Source: Hormiphora californensis
Lineage: Eukaryota > Animalia > Ctenophora
Assembly: GCA_020137815.1 (NCBI GenBank)
Contig: CM035351.1
Coordinates: forward strand, 1,488,001 to 1,552,000
DNA length: 64,000 bases
Direction: 5' to 3'
Shown here: piece after piece, positions 1-35,669 of the stretch
Numbering within the stretch: position 1 is the stretch's first letter
How the letters are laid out: each line of letters starts with the position of its first letter
Notes under the pieces: generated by a model
Database searches by the model: none
Seen by the model: the letters and a program-made list of their open reading frames with translations, nothing else
What the model was told of the DNA's origin: nothing
Position numbers and translations under genes: made by a program

Positions 1-1327
1 AGAAGAATTTTGGGTTAGCTTTGAGTTTTATCAACGCCTCGTTTTCATCAGAATCAAGTCGCTGAGAAATGTGACACAAGATGGCCCAAGTAATTCTGGA
101 AACACCAACCTCTAGCTGTGGCAAAAGGTGAGGTTTATTCTGCCGGGCAAGAGTAATCCGTTTATTCAAACTCCGCTGTTTCACTTTCAATTTCCTGAGA
201 ATAGGGTCCCTTCTTTTTTTACGGGCCTTCTTCTTACGAGAGTGGTGAGATAAGACCTGTAGAACAGTCAGGGTGAAAAGTTGAACGAAATCAGAACCAT
301 CACCGTCATCGCAGATGTCGGCGAGTGCTAGCCAGTCGATCTGGTCCAACTCCCTACACATTTCAGGGAAGTTAGCCTCGTGAAAGTTGTAAATATCAAA
401 ATCCGTGAATCGATGGTCTGATTGACGAGTGGGTAAGATACCAAACCCAAGTGTAGAGCTGATCATATTATGGTCAGAAATACACGACTCCGATACCTCA
501 GTTTTGAAGACATAGTCTGGCCGGTTGGTGAGAACGAGGTCTAGAATATTCAAGCCCCGTGTTGGAGAGTCAACAAGCTGAGTGAGAAAATATGAGTTCA
601 CAAATTTTAGTAGCATCTGTGAGCTAGGTCCTCCAGTGAGTGTCCCCCAGTCTATGTCTGGCATATTGAAGTCGCCCATGACATAGATGTCAGGACAACC
701 CTTGTCGAGTTCGCACTGATCAATGAAACGGGATAGATCATCAAAAAGATCATTCGCAGGGGAAGATGGCGCCCTGTACACAACACAGAAAACCGAGTGA
801 GTCTCCTTGATGTATACAGCAGCCGCACTATTGGACGTGTCTGAGAATCTGAACTCAGAGGAAGGGGTCAGTTGATTGTTAATGTAGAGTGCACAACCGC
901 CACCTCTTCTACCCGCTCTGTCACAACGAGTTAGGTGAAAGCCTTCAATCTCCAATTGGGCATCAGAGAAATCATCATGCCACCAGGTCTCCGTAATACC
1001 GGTGCAAAGGATGGGTATTGACGGATTCTCCAGTGAGTCCTTGATAAAAGAAAACTTCCACCGACAGTCACTAGCCGCGGAAGGCGTTAAACTGCGGGCG
1101 TTGATGAGGAGTAATTCCGAAACCGTTCCAGAACCCCTTGGTAGTTGGTCGGGGTGTTCAGGCCTGGTTGTGTGAGTGTCAGATGTTTGGGCCGGGGTGT
1201 GTGTTCCCTCGTCATCTCTTCCCTGAAGGACTGTAGAGATGAGTTCAGTGACGTCTTTACTTCTCGAAGAATCTCGTCCCTCACTGAGGCCATCAATGCC
1301 ATGAGAAAATCCTCTTGTGAACGGATG
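1..1327 (-). CDS. LINE ORF2, N-terminal APE endonuclease domain (no ATG start; -1 frame relative to ORF1)
   Basis: Hand translation gives LLINARSL, GITETWW, RCDRAGRRGGGCALY, VYRAPS, MGDFNMPDIDW, PTRGLNILDLVLTN and SDHNMI. The frame opens after TGA at 1330-1328. Confidence 0.88.
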
Positions 1328-1791
1328 TCATTGGTCGCGGCACGGGGATCGGTCTCAGTTTTGTTAATCTTCTTCTTCTTCTTCTTCTTTGGGTTTGGAG
1401 GAGCTGAGCGAGGGGTCTCTTTCTGCTCCACTTTCTGAGGGACACCACTGGTTTTGTTACCAGCAGTCTTCAATGAATTACCCTTGGTAGGGGCTACTTC
1501 ACTTCTCCGAGTGTTCTTTAAATGTGTGTCTTTACATTCTTTGTCGGTACAGACTCGGGAGATCTCAGACTTATGGCAGAGAGGTGGGTGAAAATCCTGG
1601 CACTGGTCACCATAGTTACACCCAGAACGAGTTGCCGTTCCGAACTGACAATAACGGAGGCATCTCTGGGGATGTTCCTTGCTGCAAGGCTTACCACTGA
1701 TCAACTTGTCACCATTTGGGCCATGGGGACAGTCTCTCAGTAGATAACGTTCACAAACATTGCTGAATTTAGGAACACCTTGGGGTTTCAC
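1087..1791 (-). CDS. LINE ORF1 with three CCCH-type zinc fingers, a Lys-rich NLS-like run and a predicted coiled coil
   Basis: CERYLLRDC...CSKEH, CNYGDQCQDFH, CHKSEISRVCTDKECKDTH and PKKKKKKK. The ORF opens on GTG, so the true start is unclear. Confidence 0.75.
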   Translation of the reverse strand: MKPQGVPKFSNVCERYLLRDCPHGPNGDKLISGKPCSKEHPQRCLRYCQFGTATRSGCNYGDQCQDFHPPLCHKSEISRVCTDKECKDTHLKNTRRSEVAPTKGNSLKTAGNKTSGVPQKVEQKETPRSAPPNPKKKKKKKINKTETDPRAATNDIRSQEDFLMALMASVRDEILREVKTSLNSSLQSFREEMTREHTPRPKHLTLTQPGLNTPTNYQGVLERFRNYSSSTPAV

Positions 1792-2026
1792 CTCTCCGTA
1801 TCAAAATTTGATTCAAATTGAAATCAATAATCAAATCTAAGTCATCATCATTATCAATAAATCATATGTTTATCTTCACAAAATAGCTTCTAGTTCTACA
1901 TGCTCTAACTAACTAGAATATTAAAACTATGGGATCACTTCTTCCCTGGCGGCCCTCATGAGGTGCCGTCTCCCTCTGTTATACACACAGTGACTACACT
2001 CTACAGTCTACACCCACACAGTGGTT

Positions 2027-3847
2027 ATGATTCTGATATTGCTGTGTGTTATACCAGCTATACTAGCTTCTCAACCCAGCCTTATTGCAATAAGCCTAAC
2101 CCAGGTCGGTTGGGCTGACTTAAACTTGCCGCTATGGCTCTCTGAAACCCCCAACATCCAGTCCTTGGCTTCCAAATCCATCTCCCTGGACTCACTGTAC
2201 TGTGAGACATCTCCCTCTGCTTCTCATGGAGCGTTCCTAACCGGGCACGATCCTATATCCTGGGGCTTCTACAGTTCTAACAATGCCGAAACATCTAACC
2301 TCAAAGAGGACAGTGGGTTTGTTCTGCCTCTCCCTACGCTAGCCACTACTCTCTCAAATCACACTTCCCATTTCGTTGGAAGGTGGTGGCTGGGACAGCG
2401 GCCCGAGGCCAACCCAACTAACCACGGATTCGACTCATTCTATGGTTACGTGTCCGACAGGGGGACGAAGTATGACGACATGAGGTACCCTAATCCGGGT
2501 CTATACAGAAACACAGAGATCCAATCCAGACTTTATGACACCACAAATCCATTCCTGGATCTAATACAGGACGAGTGGAGGAGTAACCTGACTGAGTTGT
2601 TTGCGGAGGAAGCTGTCAGGTTCCTCAGGTCCACCTCACAACCCTACTACCTGCACCTGTCCCTGGATGCCACTCAGCACCCTTCCTACCGCTCCCCACA
2701 ATACGAGGGAAACTCTACTACCAGAGTGGGACACTTCGCTGATGCTCTCAGAGAGATAGACGGCTTGGTAGGGAGGGTTCTGGGAGAGGCTGGGGATGAC
2801 ACAATAGTTGTTATCTTTGCCGACTCAACCGCGCTGGCATCCCATTTTGATGGTGGTTCTAATGCTCCCTTCACTGGTAGGAACAATCATCTTATATTTA
2901 ACATGTCACTATTTCATTTTTATCTTTATCTTGTCACTTCATCTCATTAATATAAGGTCGTCTCATTAATATTATCTTTGCAGGAGAAAGCGGAGATTCA
3001 ACGGAGGGGGGAGTGAGGGTTCCCGGGTTTCTCTACATCCCCACTGAGAAAGGAAGACGAGCTAATCAAGTCATGACACTCTCTAATCTCCATATAATTG
3101 TTTCTTCCCTCCTCACAGGGGGATCCCAGGAGTTACCCAACTCCTTCCAAGGTTTTAATTTAAATTGGTCTTTGATTGACACCTAATCTTGAGAGGGGGA
3201 TTTCAAATATATAAATACCTTTCAGTAAGTGTTGCATTTAATTTCATTACCCGGTTTGACACTAAACTGTTCCAGGAATTGACAAGACGGTTCCGATATT
3301 TAGAGGGAGGACATTGATGGCATTACGGTGGAGGCAGTACAAGGCCCATGTGAACATGCTCTCTAACTATGTTCCAGGACAATTCGTGGACTCACTCACT
3401 AGCTTCTCCTTCAAGTATGTAACCCCTTACTCAACATGTTACGAACCATATGGGATTGGGAAACGGGAGGTAACAATACCACTTCTAAATCCAAAAGTAG
3501 TACTGCTAAGGGCATTATATAATATTCACACATTTCCGTTCTGCAGATCGACAGGCACCTACCCCATTATATTTGATATTCTAGCGGACCCTGGGGAGCG
3601 ATTCCATGTTGGTAGTGGTATTGGCCCCGTACCGGACCAATACAAGGATCTCATGACGCCTCTAGTGGACGATATTCTGGATCTCTACTCCTCTCTAGAC
3701 ATGGCCGGGGGCCTGCTGAATGAGTGTGATGTGATCTGGAGAGAGTGGGCTCCCCAGGGTTGTGCAACCCGGGGTCTGTGTTTAGGTCAGGGTAGGGAGA
3801 GTGAGCTGAGAATGTGCTCCACACCAACTTATACCTGGACTGGTTGA
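2027..3847 (+). CDS. Secreted GALNS/arylsulfatase-like protein, probably catalytically inactive; exons 2027-2876, 2984-3151, 3276-3414, 3547-3847
   Basis: Signal peptide plus VGWADL, ETPNI, AFLTG, HGFDSFYG, EGGVRVP, YKAH and DPGERF, collinear with GALNS. The GT-AG introns keep the reading frame. Confidence 0.85.
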
Positions 3848-4068
3848 GAGACTATAATTGGTATTAGCTGGCCATGTTTGACCCTGTAAAGGAGCGTTAT
3901 CATAGCGCTGGCAAGCGCCCGGGGCCCAATCCTCCCTTCCCCCAACCATCATTTCCCCCAAAATTTCCCTCTAACAAGCATCTTTCCTCCCAGTAAAAGG
4001 AAAATCGGAATTACGGAAAAAAAATTTTTGAGAATTTTTGAGAATTTTTGAAAATTGTGACAGCGCTA

Positions 4069-5120
4069 CTATACTTATTGCCTGCGAAGCAGGCAAGCCC
4101 CGTATCGCCCTACGGGCGCGCGAACATGGGGGGCGCGACGTGCCCAACTATACTTATTGTCTGAAATCGGCAATTTCAACTTTGTTTTAGACAACCTTCC
4201 CGTTGTACTACGAACATGCCGCTTGGTAGTTCGTGTTGCCTTGACACCTAGAGCACACGTTCAAAATTTCATGCAAATCGGAGTTACGGTTTTTGCGCTA
4301 CAGATGGTCGTATTTTAGACAAAATGTCCGCTTTTAGCGTGACTAACGACCTTGATTGTACGACCTTTTTGCGTACACGATGGAGGCCACAGTTTTAAAG
4401 CTATCACCATGAAACTTTGGGAGATGGTAGGTCTAGTGGTGTACCTTGTATTAAAGCTTGGACAGAGAAAACGGATAGTCATAACAAAAGTTATGACTGT
4501 CTTAAGTTTTGTTTGGCGTCTTAGACAACCTTCCCGTCGTTCTATGAACACGCCGCTTGGTACGTTGTGTTGCCTCGTCATCTTGAACACACGTTCAAAA
4601 TTTCAAGCAAATCCGAGTTACGGTTCTTCAGTTACGGGCATCTGACTGTATTAAGATTTAAGACGATTTTCAAAAAACTTAGAAAAGAGCAAATTAAACT
4701 ATAAATCATGATTTTATCATACATGTTTTTCCAACGTGGGTTAACTGCTGTATTTTCAGATATAATTGGTAGTCATATCTATATGTATGACTGTCTTAAA
4801 TTTAAGACGATTTTAAAAACACCTACAAAGAAGCGATTCAGAGTCTAAATTAACATTGAATCAGATTTGTTTTATAAAATTAGGCTTACTGCCGCATTTT
4901 CAGTGATAATTGGTAGTCATATCTAGAGTTATGACTGTCTTAGATATAAGACGATTTTCAAAAACATCTAGAAAGGGGCGAGTTTTATTGCATCGGGCAT
5001 ATTTTGTAGAATTAGGTGGCCTGTTGCAATTTTAGGGGTTATTCGTAGTCATATCTAGAGTTATAATTGCTATCTTACATTTAAGACGATTTAAAAAAAC
5101 ACCCAGAAACGAGCGAATTA
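4069..5120. mobile_element. Non-autonomous Helitron/Helentron-like element with internal tandem repeats
   Basis: Terminal hairpins ttgcctgc-gaa-gcaggcaa and cgccctacgggcg (reverse complement of the Helitron hairpin at about 16875). A ~105-bp core is duplicated (4186, 4521), and four ~145-bp units start near 4642, 4787, 4931 and 5070. Confidence 0.5.
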
Positions 5121-5531
5121 GCATCTAGAACCTGATTTTATTATTATCTGATTATATCCGTGATTATTATCCGTGACTAATAATCAAAATCATAGAATAA
5201 TCGCGGAGAACCGATTGCGGATAACTAACCACGATAACTTGTCGCGAAATAAGTAATAAAAAGTAACCAAATCCTATCGCGGATAGCTAATCGCGATAAC
5301 TTATAACGGATTCGTGATAACTGATAAGTTATCCGCGATTGGTTGTCTGCGATTACTATCATGTTAGTTATTCGCGATTGATATCCGAGATTGGATATCT
5401 GCGATTAATATGATTATGAGGCTACCTAGTAACTACGATTTAAAAAGTCCATGAATCCTTAATCCGCGTTTATTAAATTAAGCTAGTATTACAAAATGCA
5501 TGTCATAGTATGTATAACAAAATGCCTGATA

Positions 5532-5967
5532 CTAGATCCAAAAACCAAACAAGTTTGGTGGATAGCCGGGGCCGCAGAAATTAAAAATCGTGCGAAAGTT
5601 TTGATACATGAACTTTCGGGGCCTGGGGTGCTGTTAAATTCGCGTTTCCATGATAGTCAGCCGTTCTTTCAGAACACACTATTATTATCACAATAATATT
5701 ATTCTGTAAAACAGACTCTGAAACGACCGACTGTGCACAGTAAATATATGAGACATGTGTGGATCTGTATTTATGATAATGTGGAATAAATTAATGTTTG
5801 CACTAGTTTTCCTGGCGTATAGTTGGAAAATGTTATTGGTTATAATCATGGAAACGCGAATTTAACAGCACCCCAGGCCCCGAAAGTTCATGTATCAAAA
5901 CTTTCGCACGATTTTTAATTTCTGCGGCCCCGGCTATCCACCAAACTTGTTTGGTTTTTGGATCTAG
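5532..5967. mobile_element. MITE with ~123-bp TIRs and TA target duplication
   Basis: ctagatccaaaaacc...tttccatgat (5532-5654) is inverted at 5846-5967, with TA on both sides. Confidence 0.85.
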
Positions 5968-6132
5968 TAGAACTTATAACATCACAAGTTATAGCCAAGA
6001 AACTTCGTTAAATTGTGAAAATACTTTATCTCGTTTATCTTCCTAAGGCTAAGGAAGTCCCTTCTAATCGATTATAACCTTTCCATTGCAAGGAAGTCCC
6101 AATTCTAATCGACCAAAATGTCAACCAAAATG

Positions 6133-9069
6133 TCAATTCCACCTGTATATATCAAAACTTCTATCAATCGCTATAATTGAAAATCTCTGACAGCTCGGGA
6201 AGACGATATTCTGAGAAACTGTAGTGTTTTCTGAGTAACTATCCACACAATCTCGCTCTTTATCGTGAACTAGTATGACATCTATCACATTGGGGGAAAG
6301 AACACAAACTGTTCTGCGGTGTATCGAATTCTTTCTGTCAAGAGAGATACCGACCAATTTTCCCTGGTTTAAAACCAAATAAACGACCAAATCAGATGAC
6401 AACTCAATCTCCGTTGGACAACCCCCACTCCCACCGATTCGAACCATCTTACCAGCTGGTGGCCCTTCATCCCACGCCAGAGAGTCAATGAGAGCCCCCG
6501 ATCTAACAATCAGTCCTGCAATAGTCTCAATAGGCGGCATTATCGTGAGATGTTCCGATACTTCTCCCCACATTTTACCGGACATTTCCACTCCCCATAT
6601 CAGATAGGAATCATGGTGAATTGATAGTTGGCAACCGGGGTCTACTGGCACCCTCTCCTCACCCGATCCGCCTGAAAGAGATCCAAACGAGAATGAATAT
6701 ACTGGGTAATGAATAGGTTATATTAATTAGTAGGTTGAATAATATGTTATCTTAATTCATTATCAGGCTAATGGGCAGTTTGGGGGTTAATTAACTGCCT
6801 ACCTAGGTCGATAGGACCACCTCCCTCCCTTGGTATCCTAACCACTAGCTCCTCATGTGTAGGTACGGCTCCATTGAGGTAGGGATGCTTGTTAAGCCAT
6901 GCCGTTGAGCTGGTACTGAATCTTCCGGGACCCTCCCCACTTAACACCCAGCCATCAAAGTGGTCGAAATCCCGAGCCATTATCCCTGGAGAGTTATATA
7001 GTAATGGCATGACGTAATGGGGTAATGATATTTTAACATGTTCCTGTAATCTAGTTGATAGAGACGACAATCTCTACTAAGGGGATTCTACTTCTACTAC
7101 AATTATAATTATAATAATTCATGATTCCCCTACCCATTGTTTCTCACTATCTAAAATCTACCTGAAGATGTATGAGGGAGATCGAGGGAGTGCCCAAGCT
7201 CATGTAGAAGGGCTCCCATTGTTGTAGAGTAAACGGTCCCATAGGTTCCTCTACCCCCACTATCGTCAAATAGTAACTTCTTGTTAACCCTAGTTGAGTC
7301 GTTAAGGTAAGGCCCAACTACTGCCAAGCACCAAGCCCACGAGTATAGACCACCTAGAGTGAGAGAGATGGATTGTTGTAAGTGATCAGTTGGAAAAATT
7401 AATATATTTTTACTTGACATATCACATATTAATCGACTTAAACCTTATGTATATATTGCTTTCCAAGTACCCATTACTTTCCAGGAATGACAATGGAACC
7501 ACCCTTTGGCCTTTACTCAACAAGTTATTTGGCAGTTATATATATTCAATATCTCTAATCTCTCACCTCCACCCATAAGAGCAAGTTGGCCACCACCGAC
7601 GGCGGTGTGACACCTGACAAAGTCATGGGGACAAATATAATCTTCAATGACGTCACGGTTCGTATCGTAAATATACCTGAGATTGAGAAGAATGGGGGTT
7701 ATAAAATAATCATTATTATGTCTCGGGCCCTACATAATTGTTACAACTGCATAACATCATGACAACTTAACAACTTCATAAAGTTAATGTGCCGTAACAA
7801 TAATTCGGGAAGTCGAGACAAAGAATTTAAGTTCTCAACAACCTAATCACTAATGAATGCACTTTCTGGCGGCACCAAACCCAGAAAGTGTGCTCAGATC
7901 TGGTCCCAGTTGGCGGCACTAGATAACCCGATCGAGTCTCCAGCTCCTATCCATCATGCTAGAACTCACTCAATTAAACAATGTATGACAGGGATTACAG
8001 TACTGATTGAGTACTGCTGACATCGCAACGACCCTATCGCGGGGCGAAAAATTGAGTATCATATACCTAGTACAGCCGAGTATAGCAGTCACTTTTCTAT
8101 CCTCTCGAATCATGCCCTTCTTCTCCAGCTGTTGGTAGACAATATCGTATATCCTGTTGTTTCTCTCCAGGAAATCCTCACCCAGCACCTCAGACTCGGT
8201 TTGTGATAGGGTGAACACCTGCGAAGAAGAGAGGGGGGTAAAATCGAAATGGAAAACAAACACACGATAAAACACAGAATGAAATTGTAGAAAATGTTGT
8301 TGGGTAAGGGGTCAACAAATAAAAGAATATGTGGCACTGGCTCATACTTCGGGTTCAGTTAAATTGAATGTCTTCCTGTTGTATCCCCGTGAGACAAGCT
8401 CCTCTGCGTAGAAGCACTGAGCTAACAGAGCATGAAGTTTCACTTTCTGTAGACCAGTCTCCTGAGAATCTATATGATCCCCACCATGACACGGCGCCTG
8501 ATCTTCACCCGATAATGTAAATGGCGCCTGATCTTCACCCGATAATGGTTGGGGCGGAGAACCAGGATGATAGTACTGGTATCTCCCCTCCCCATCACTA
8601 CACCTCACATACACGAACTGTATCCCGGGACCAGAGGTAGAACTGCTGGGTGTAAACCAGACTCTATGTGAGAGGAGCAGCACCCCTCGACACCTGAAGG
8701 GAGAGAACATGTTAACTCTCACTAATTAAAGTAATTAACTCTCTCTCTATCTCTCCCTTGTTTAAGTAACTAACTCTCCCTCTCAAGCCCCTTGAGTCAC
8801 CTGAAGTTGATCTCGTTTTGTCCCGGGTACAACTTCACAAAACATCGTATCTCGCTACCCTCTCTGATGTGCCAGGATATACACCTGTCCTCCTCTCTCA
8901 CATCATCACACCACCCAGCAGCCTGATCGTGTATAACACCAGAGGGTACCGGGTCTACTGATACTGATAGGAATCTTGGGTGGGAAGGGTCAAACAGGAC
9001 CAACTGTAGGCACACAATTTGGTGGGGAAAGGTGCAGTCGGTGTCCTTGGGGTGTACCAAACGGAGCAT
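6133..9069 (-). CDS. Zinc metallopeptidase (YIL108W/SPAC607.06c-like) with a C-terminal jacalin-like domain; about 7 coding exons
   Basis: GALLHELGHSLDLPH (HExxHxxxxxH), HTAVGGG, GIMARDFDHF, and jacalin-like VRSGALIDSL...IGGSGG. Exons lie near 9069-8800, 8693-8347, 8218-8067, 7676-7567, 7354-7171, 6987-6803 and 6671-6133. Confidence 0.8.
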
Positions 9070-10674
9070 GTCCTACTAGAGGTGTGGAACGGATAAAGCA
9101 ACTGTGCAGGTGGTGTAACTCCCAAATAACGCCATATTATATCCTAGTGTGATAGGGACAAGGTAAACAAACCAGTGGGGGGGGGGGGTTCACTATGGAC
9201 TCAATAATATGGCGGCGCGAGACCTCGTTTTGAGTGCCCCTTAGAGTTCGCTCAGATCGGGTCGGCGCCGCCAGACAGGCGTGTGGCGGAATCGGGTTGT
9301 GTGTCCATGTCATCTAGAGATGAACTGCTAGCCCTGCCTGTACGGGTATAGTTATATAGTATATACCACACGGGGATGTGAATCACACAGGCCCGTTTAA
9401 CTGGTATTCTATTCATTGCAGCCCCGGTATTATGTGTGTGATATACACCCAGAGTTTAATTCCAAAAGTGGTTTAAGGGGCGTGGTATTATTTTGAGGCG
9501 ACATACAGGCCCGGTTTTATTTACATCGCTTGTTTACACTACCAATGCCAATTAGTTTTAGTGTGCGTGCCAGGAAATTAGAAAGTGACACGAGAGGTAA
9601 ATTACAACTAGAAACCACACATGCCGAATCATTTATGTGACGTCATACGTTACATAACACACGTCTTACATGTGTGTGACTGACCGGAAGTTGAGGACAT
9701 GAGAGAGAGAGAGAGGCAGGGGACACTGCACACGTGAACGATTCTGAGTCTGACAGAAGATATGCTAGAGAATACCAGAATTCTCTGTAGCAAATCTAGA
9801 TGTGCTTTAGATTTCTATGTATGTGACCATTTAAATCTCCAGTAAATACGTTTACTCCTTACCCCCTCCTTACTCAACAATTTATCCGAGTATATTAAAG
9901 CCACCAGTAATTCACTATTAAGCAACACCTAAACGTTCCGAGAACTGATCCTCCAAATCTATTTCTTAGAATGGTATTCAAAATAGCCTATTAAGGCAAC
10001 TTGAATTGATACACTCTCCGACCATCATTATGATAGTGATTGGTAATTTTGAAGCATTTTATGGAGGAAAACTTAACACTCTCATATTTCACACATTCAA
10101 TTGAACTATTAAAAGTACATTGCATACTTTCAGCATTGCTTTTATACACGGAAACAGAATGCACACAACACAAAACACATTCACTTATTTATCTCTCGCT
10201 CTCTCTCTATCTCTCGCTCTTTTTTTCAGCGTTTTAAAACAGTTAAAATATTTTAAAAAGTTGTCTGATAAAAAGATCTATGTACATCTTGAACGAGGAA
10301 ACGCTGTAACTCTTTCTCACCAGGAAGTATATATTTTCAGAAAAAATAGTAGTAGGTTGAACAAAACTCTACAAAATCAAGAGTTAACAAAGTAATGATC
10401 GCACAAGATCTTCTTTTGCATAACTTTTTAATGGTGGTGCCGTTCAAAGCGGCCACAGACTGTGTGGGACCACAGTCATTTTGAAAATAAATAACACAGA
10501 CAGCCGCTTCACATTAAAGAATCTTTTTCAAAATATTTCCCCTCCCTCTCGTGCTAACAATCTCACACATTCTCTCTCACTTTCTCACTTTCTCTGTCTT
10601 TGTCTTTGTCTGTCTGTATCACTCCCTCGCGGATTCACTCTCTGTCTTTCCTCAACATAATCACTGCGTAAATC

Positions 10675-10713
<39 letters not shown>

Positions 10714-10884
10714 TGTGTGTCTGTGTGTGTGAACTGTGTCCCTTAGTGATGCCCCAACATCACCACATCTCCCAAGCTTGTCCATCTCGCTCTCTGTTTC
10801 TTCTTTCATCTCCCATGTAAGTTATCTCTCTCCTCTTGATTCGAATGTAACCGATATCGTGCGGTTCTGCACTGCCAAGGATCC

Positions 10885-34274
<23,390 letters not shown>

Positions 34275-35669
34275 TGCTCCGTCAGCTATAACAAGGGGCA
34301 CCAGGGATTAGATATGTGCGGAAATATAATGAGATGGGACGGAGCACTGCCTGAGATATATTAAAGAAACGGCCCAGGGGTATGAGAGATAAACAGAGTG
34401 GGAGAAAAAGCAGCTCTTAATATTGGTAATGAAAGAGCTTTCGTATTCCATTAGGCGTTATATGCGAAGCCAAAAGTGCTAGTGAGTGATCTAGTGTAAC
34501 ACGGCTTTGAATTTCTCTAGCTCTCCGAATCATGAAGCAATTTCGCCTTTTTGGGAGAAATATAAACGGTTTAATCACTTTGATTTTCATTATGGATTAC
34601 TTTTACTAGGGAATCCGAGTGGTCCGGGTTATCATGTTATATGCCGGATAACCTGAATAATCCTGCTAAATCTTCGTAATCCTTTAACTCGGATCATTAA
34701 GCCTGGATGATTCCAAGGTATCCGGGTTATCGAGTTACTCTAACGAGGTTTTCCAGGCTTATGATTATCGATAGCACATAATAAGCAGTAAGCACATAAT
34801 GGCCTAGATACAAAACGCTATAAAAGCGCTATTCAGGTAGCTATGTAGTGGTCTTAGATGCCGTAACTCTAATCTAATTCTTTACTACATAACATTTGTT
34901 GGACAAACTGGCTGGCTAATCATCTTGAATCTAGAATTGTGTTACATCATAATCATCTGTGGCTCAAATGAATTTAAAATTAATAGTTTAATAATCAAGA
35001 GATTATTATGTTAAATTCTAGATTCAACATGAGCCGGCGAATCTTCATTTGTCCTACAAACACATGAAATGTTATCACCATGAGACTAGAGAGTGGTCAA
35101 GCTAAACATAATTTATTCTTTACTAAACACTACATTATGTCTTCATAGATCTTCATTCTTCAGTATAATATTACGACTGGGAAATATTACAATCTTCCCA
35201 GTTTTCTTACTTTACAGAAATCACGATAAAAATGCATGAGCGTGAAGTTTTAAAAGAGGACTCAATAAAGCACATTGAAACATAATATATTATGTTATAT
35301 GCACCGAGTAAACTCGCTAGTCATGCGATGCTGCATGGTGCGAGAAATTTGAGTTGATAAAAGTGATAATGCCATAAAGCGTACACAGTTTGGAATGACC
35401 TGATACAGAATGCTAGAGCGGAGAGCCATATGAAACAGTGAATTTATCGATTTGTTCTTTTGAAACTGGCATGGTACTGAGATTTATAAACTCAAGAATA
35501 TACTCTGAACCATGGAGGTGGAAGGGGTTTTAGTTTACTCACAATTTATCACAAAGCCACACAATGAATATATAACTTCGTCCCGCTCTTACACCATACA
35601 CCAATATTATTGGTCCAATAACAGTGATACAAGGCTGAGAGGTGAAAGTTCACATCGGCGGTTTCTTAA

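Larger units (their letters stand above)
1..1800 (-). mobile_element. APE-type non-LTR retrotransposon (CR1/L2 group), 5' part; continues off the window start
   Basis: ORF1 followed by an overlapping ORF2 that carries AP-endonuclease motifs. The RT would lie beyond position 1. The 5' boundary is approximate. Confidence 0.85.

Noticed and set aside
3903-4068. hAT-like MITE (tagcgctggca / tgacagcgcta)
   Set aside because: Short imperfect TIR with no matching 8-bp TSD.
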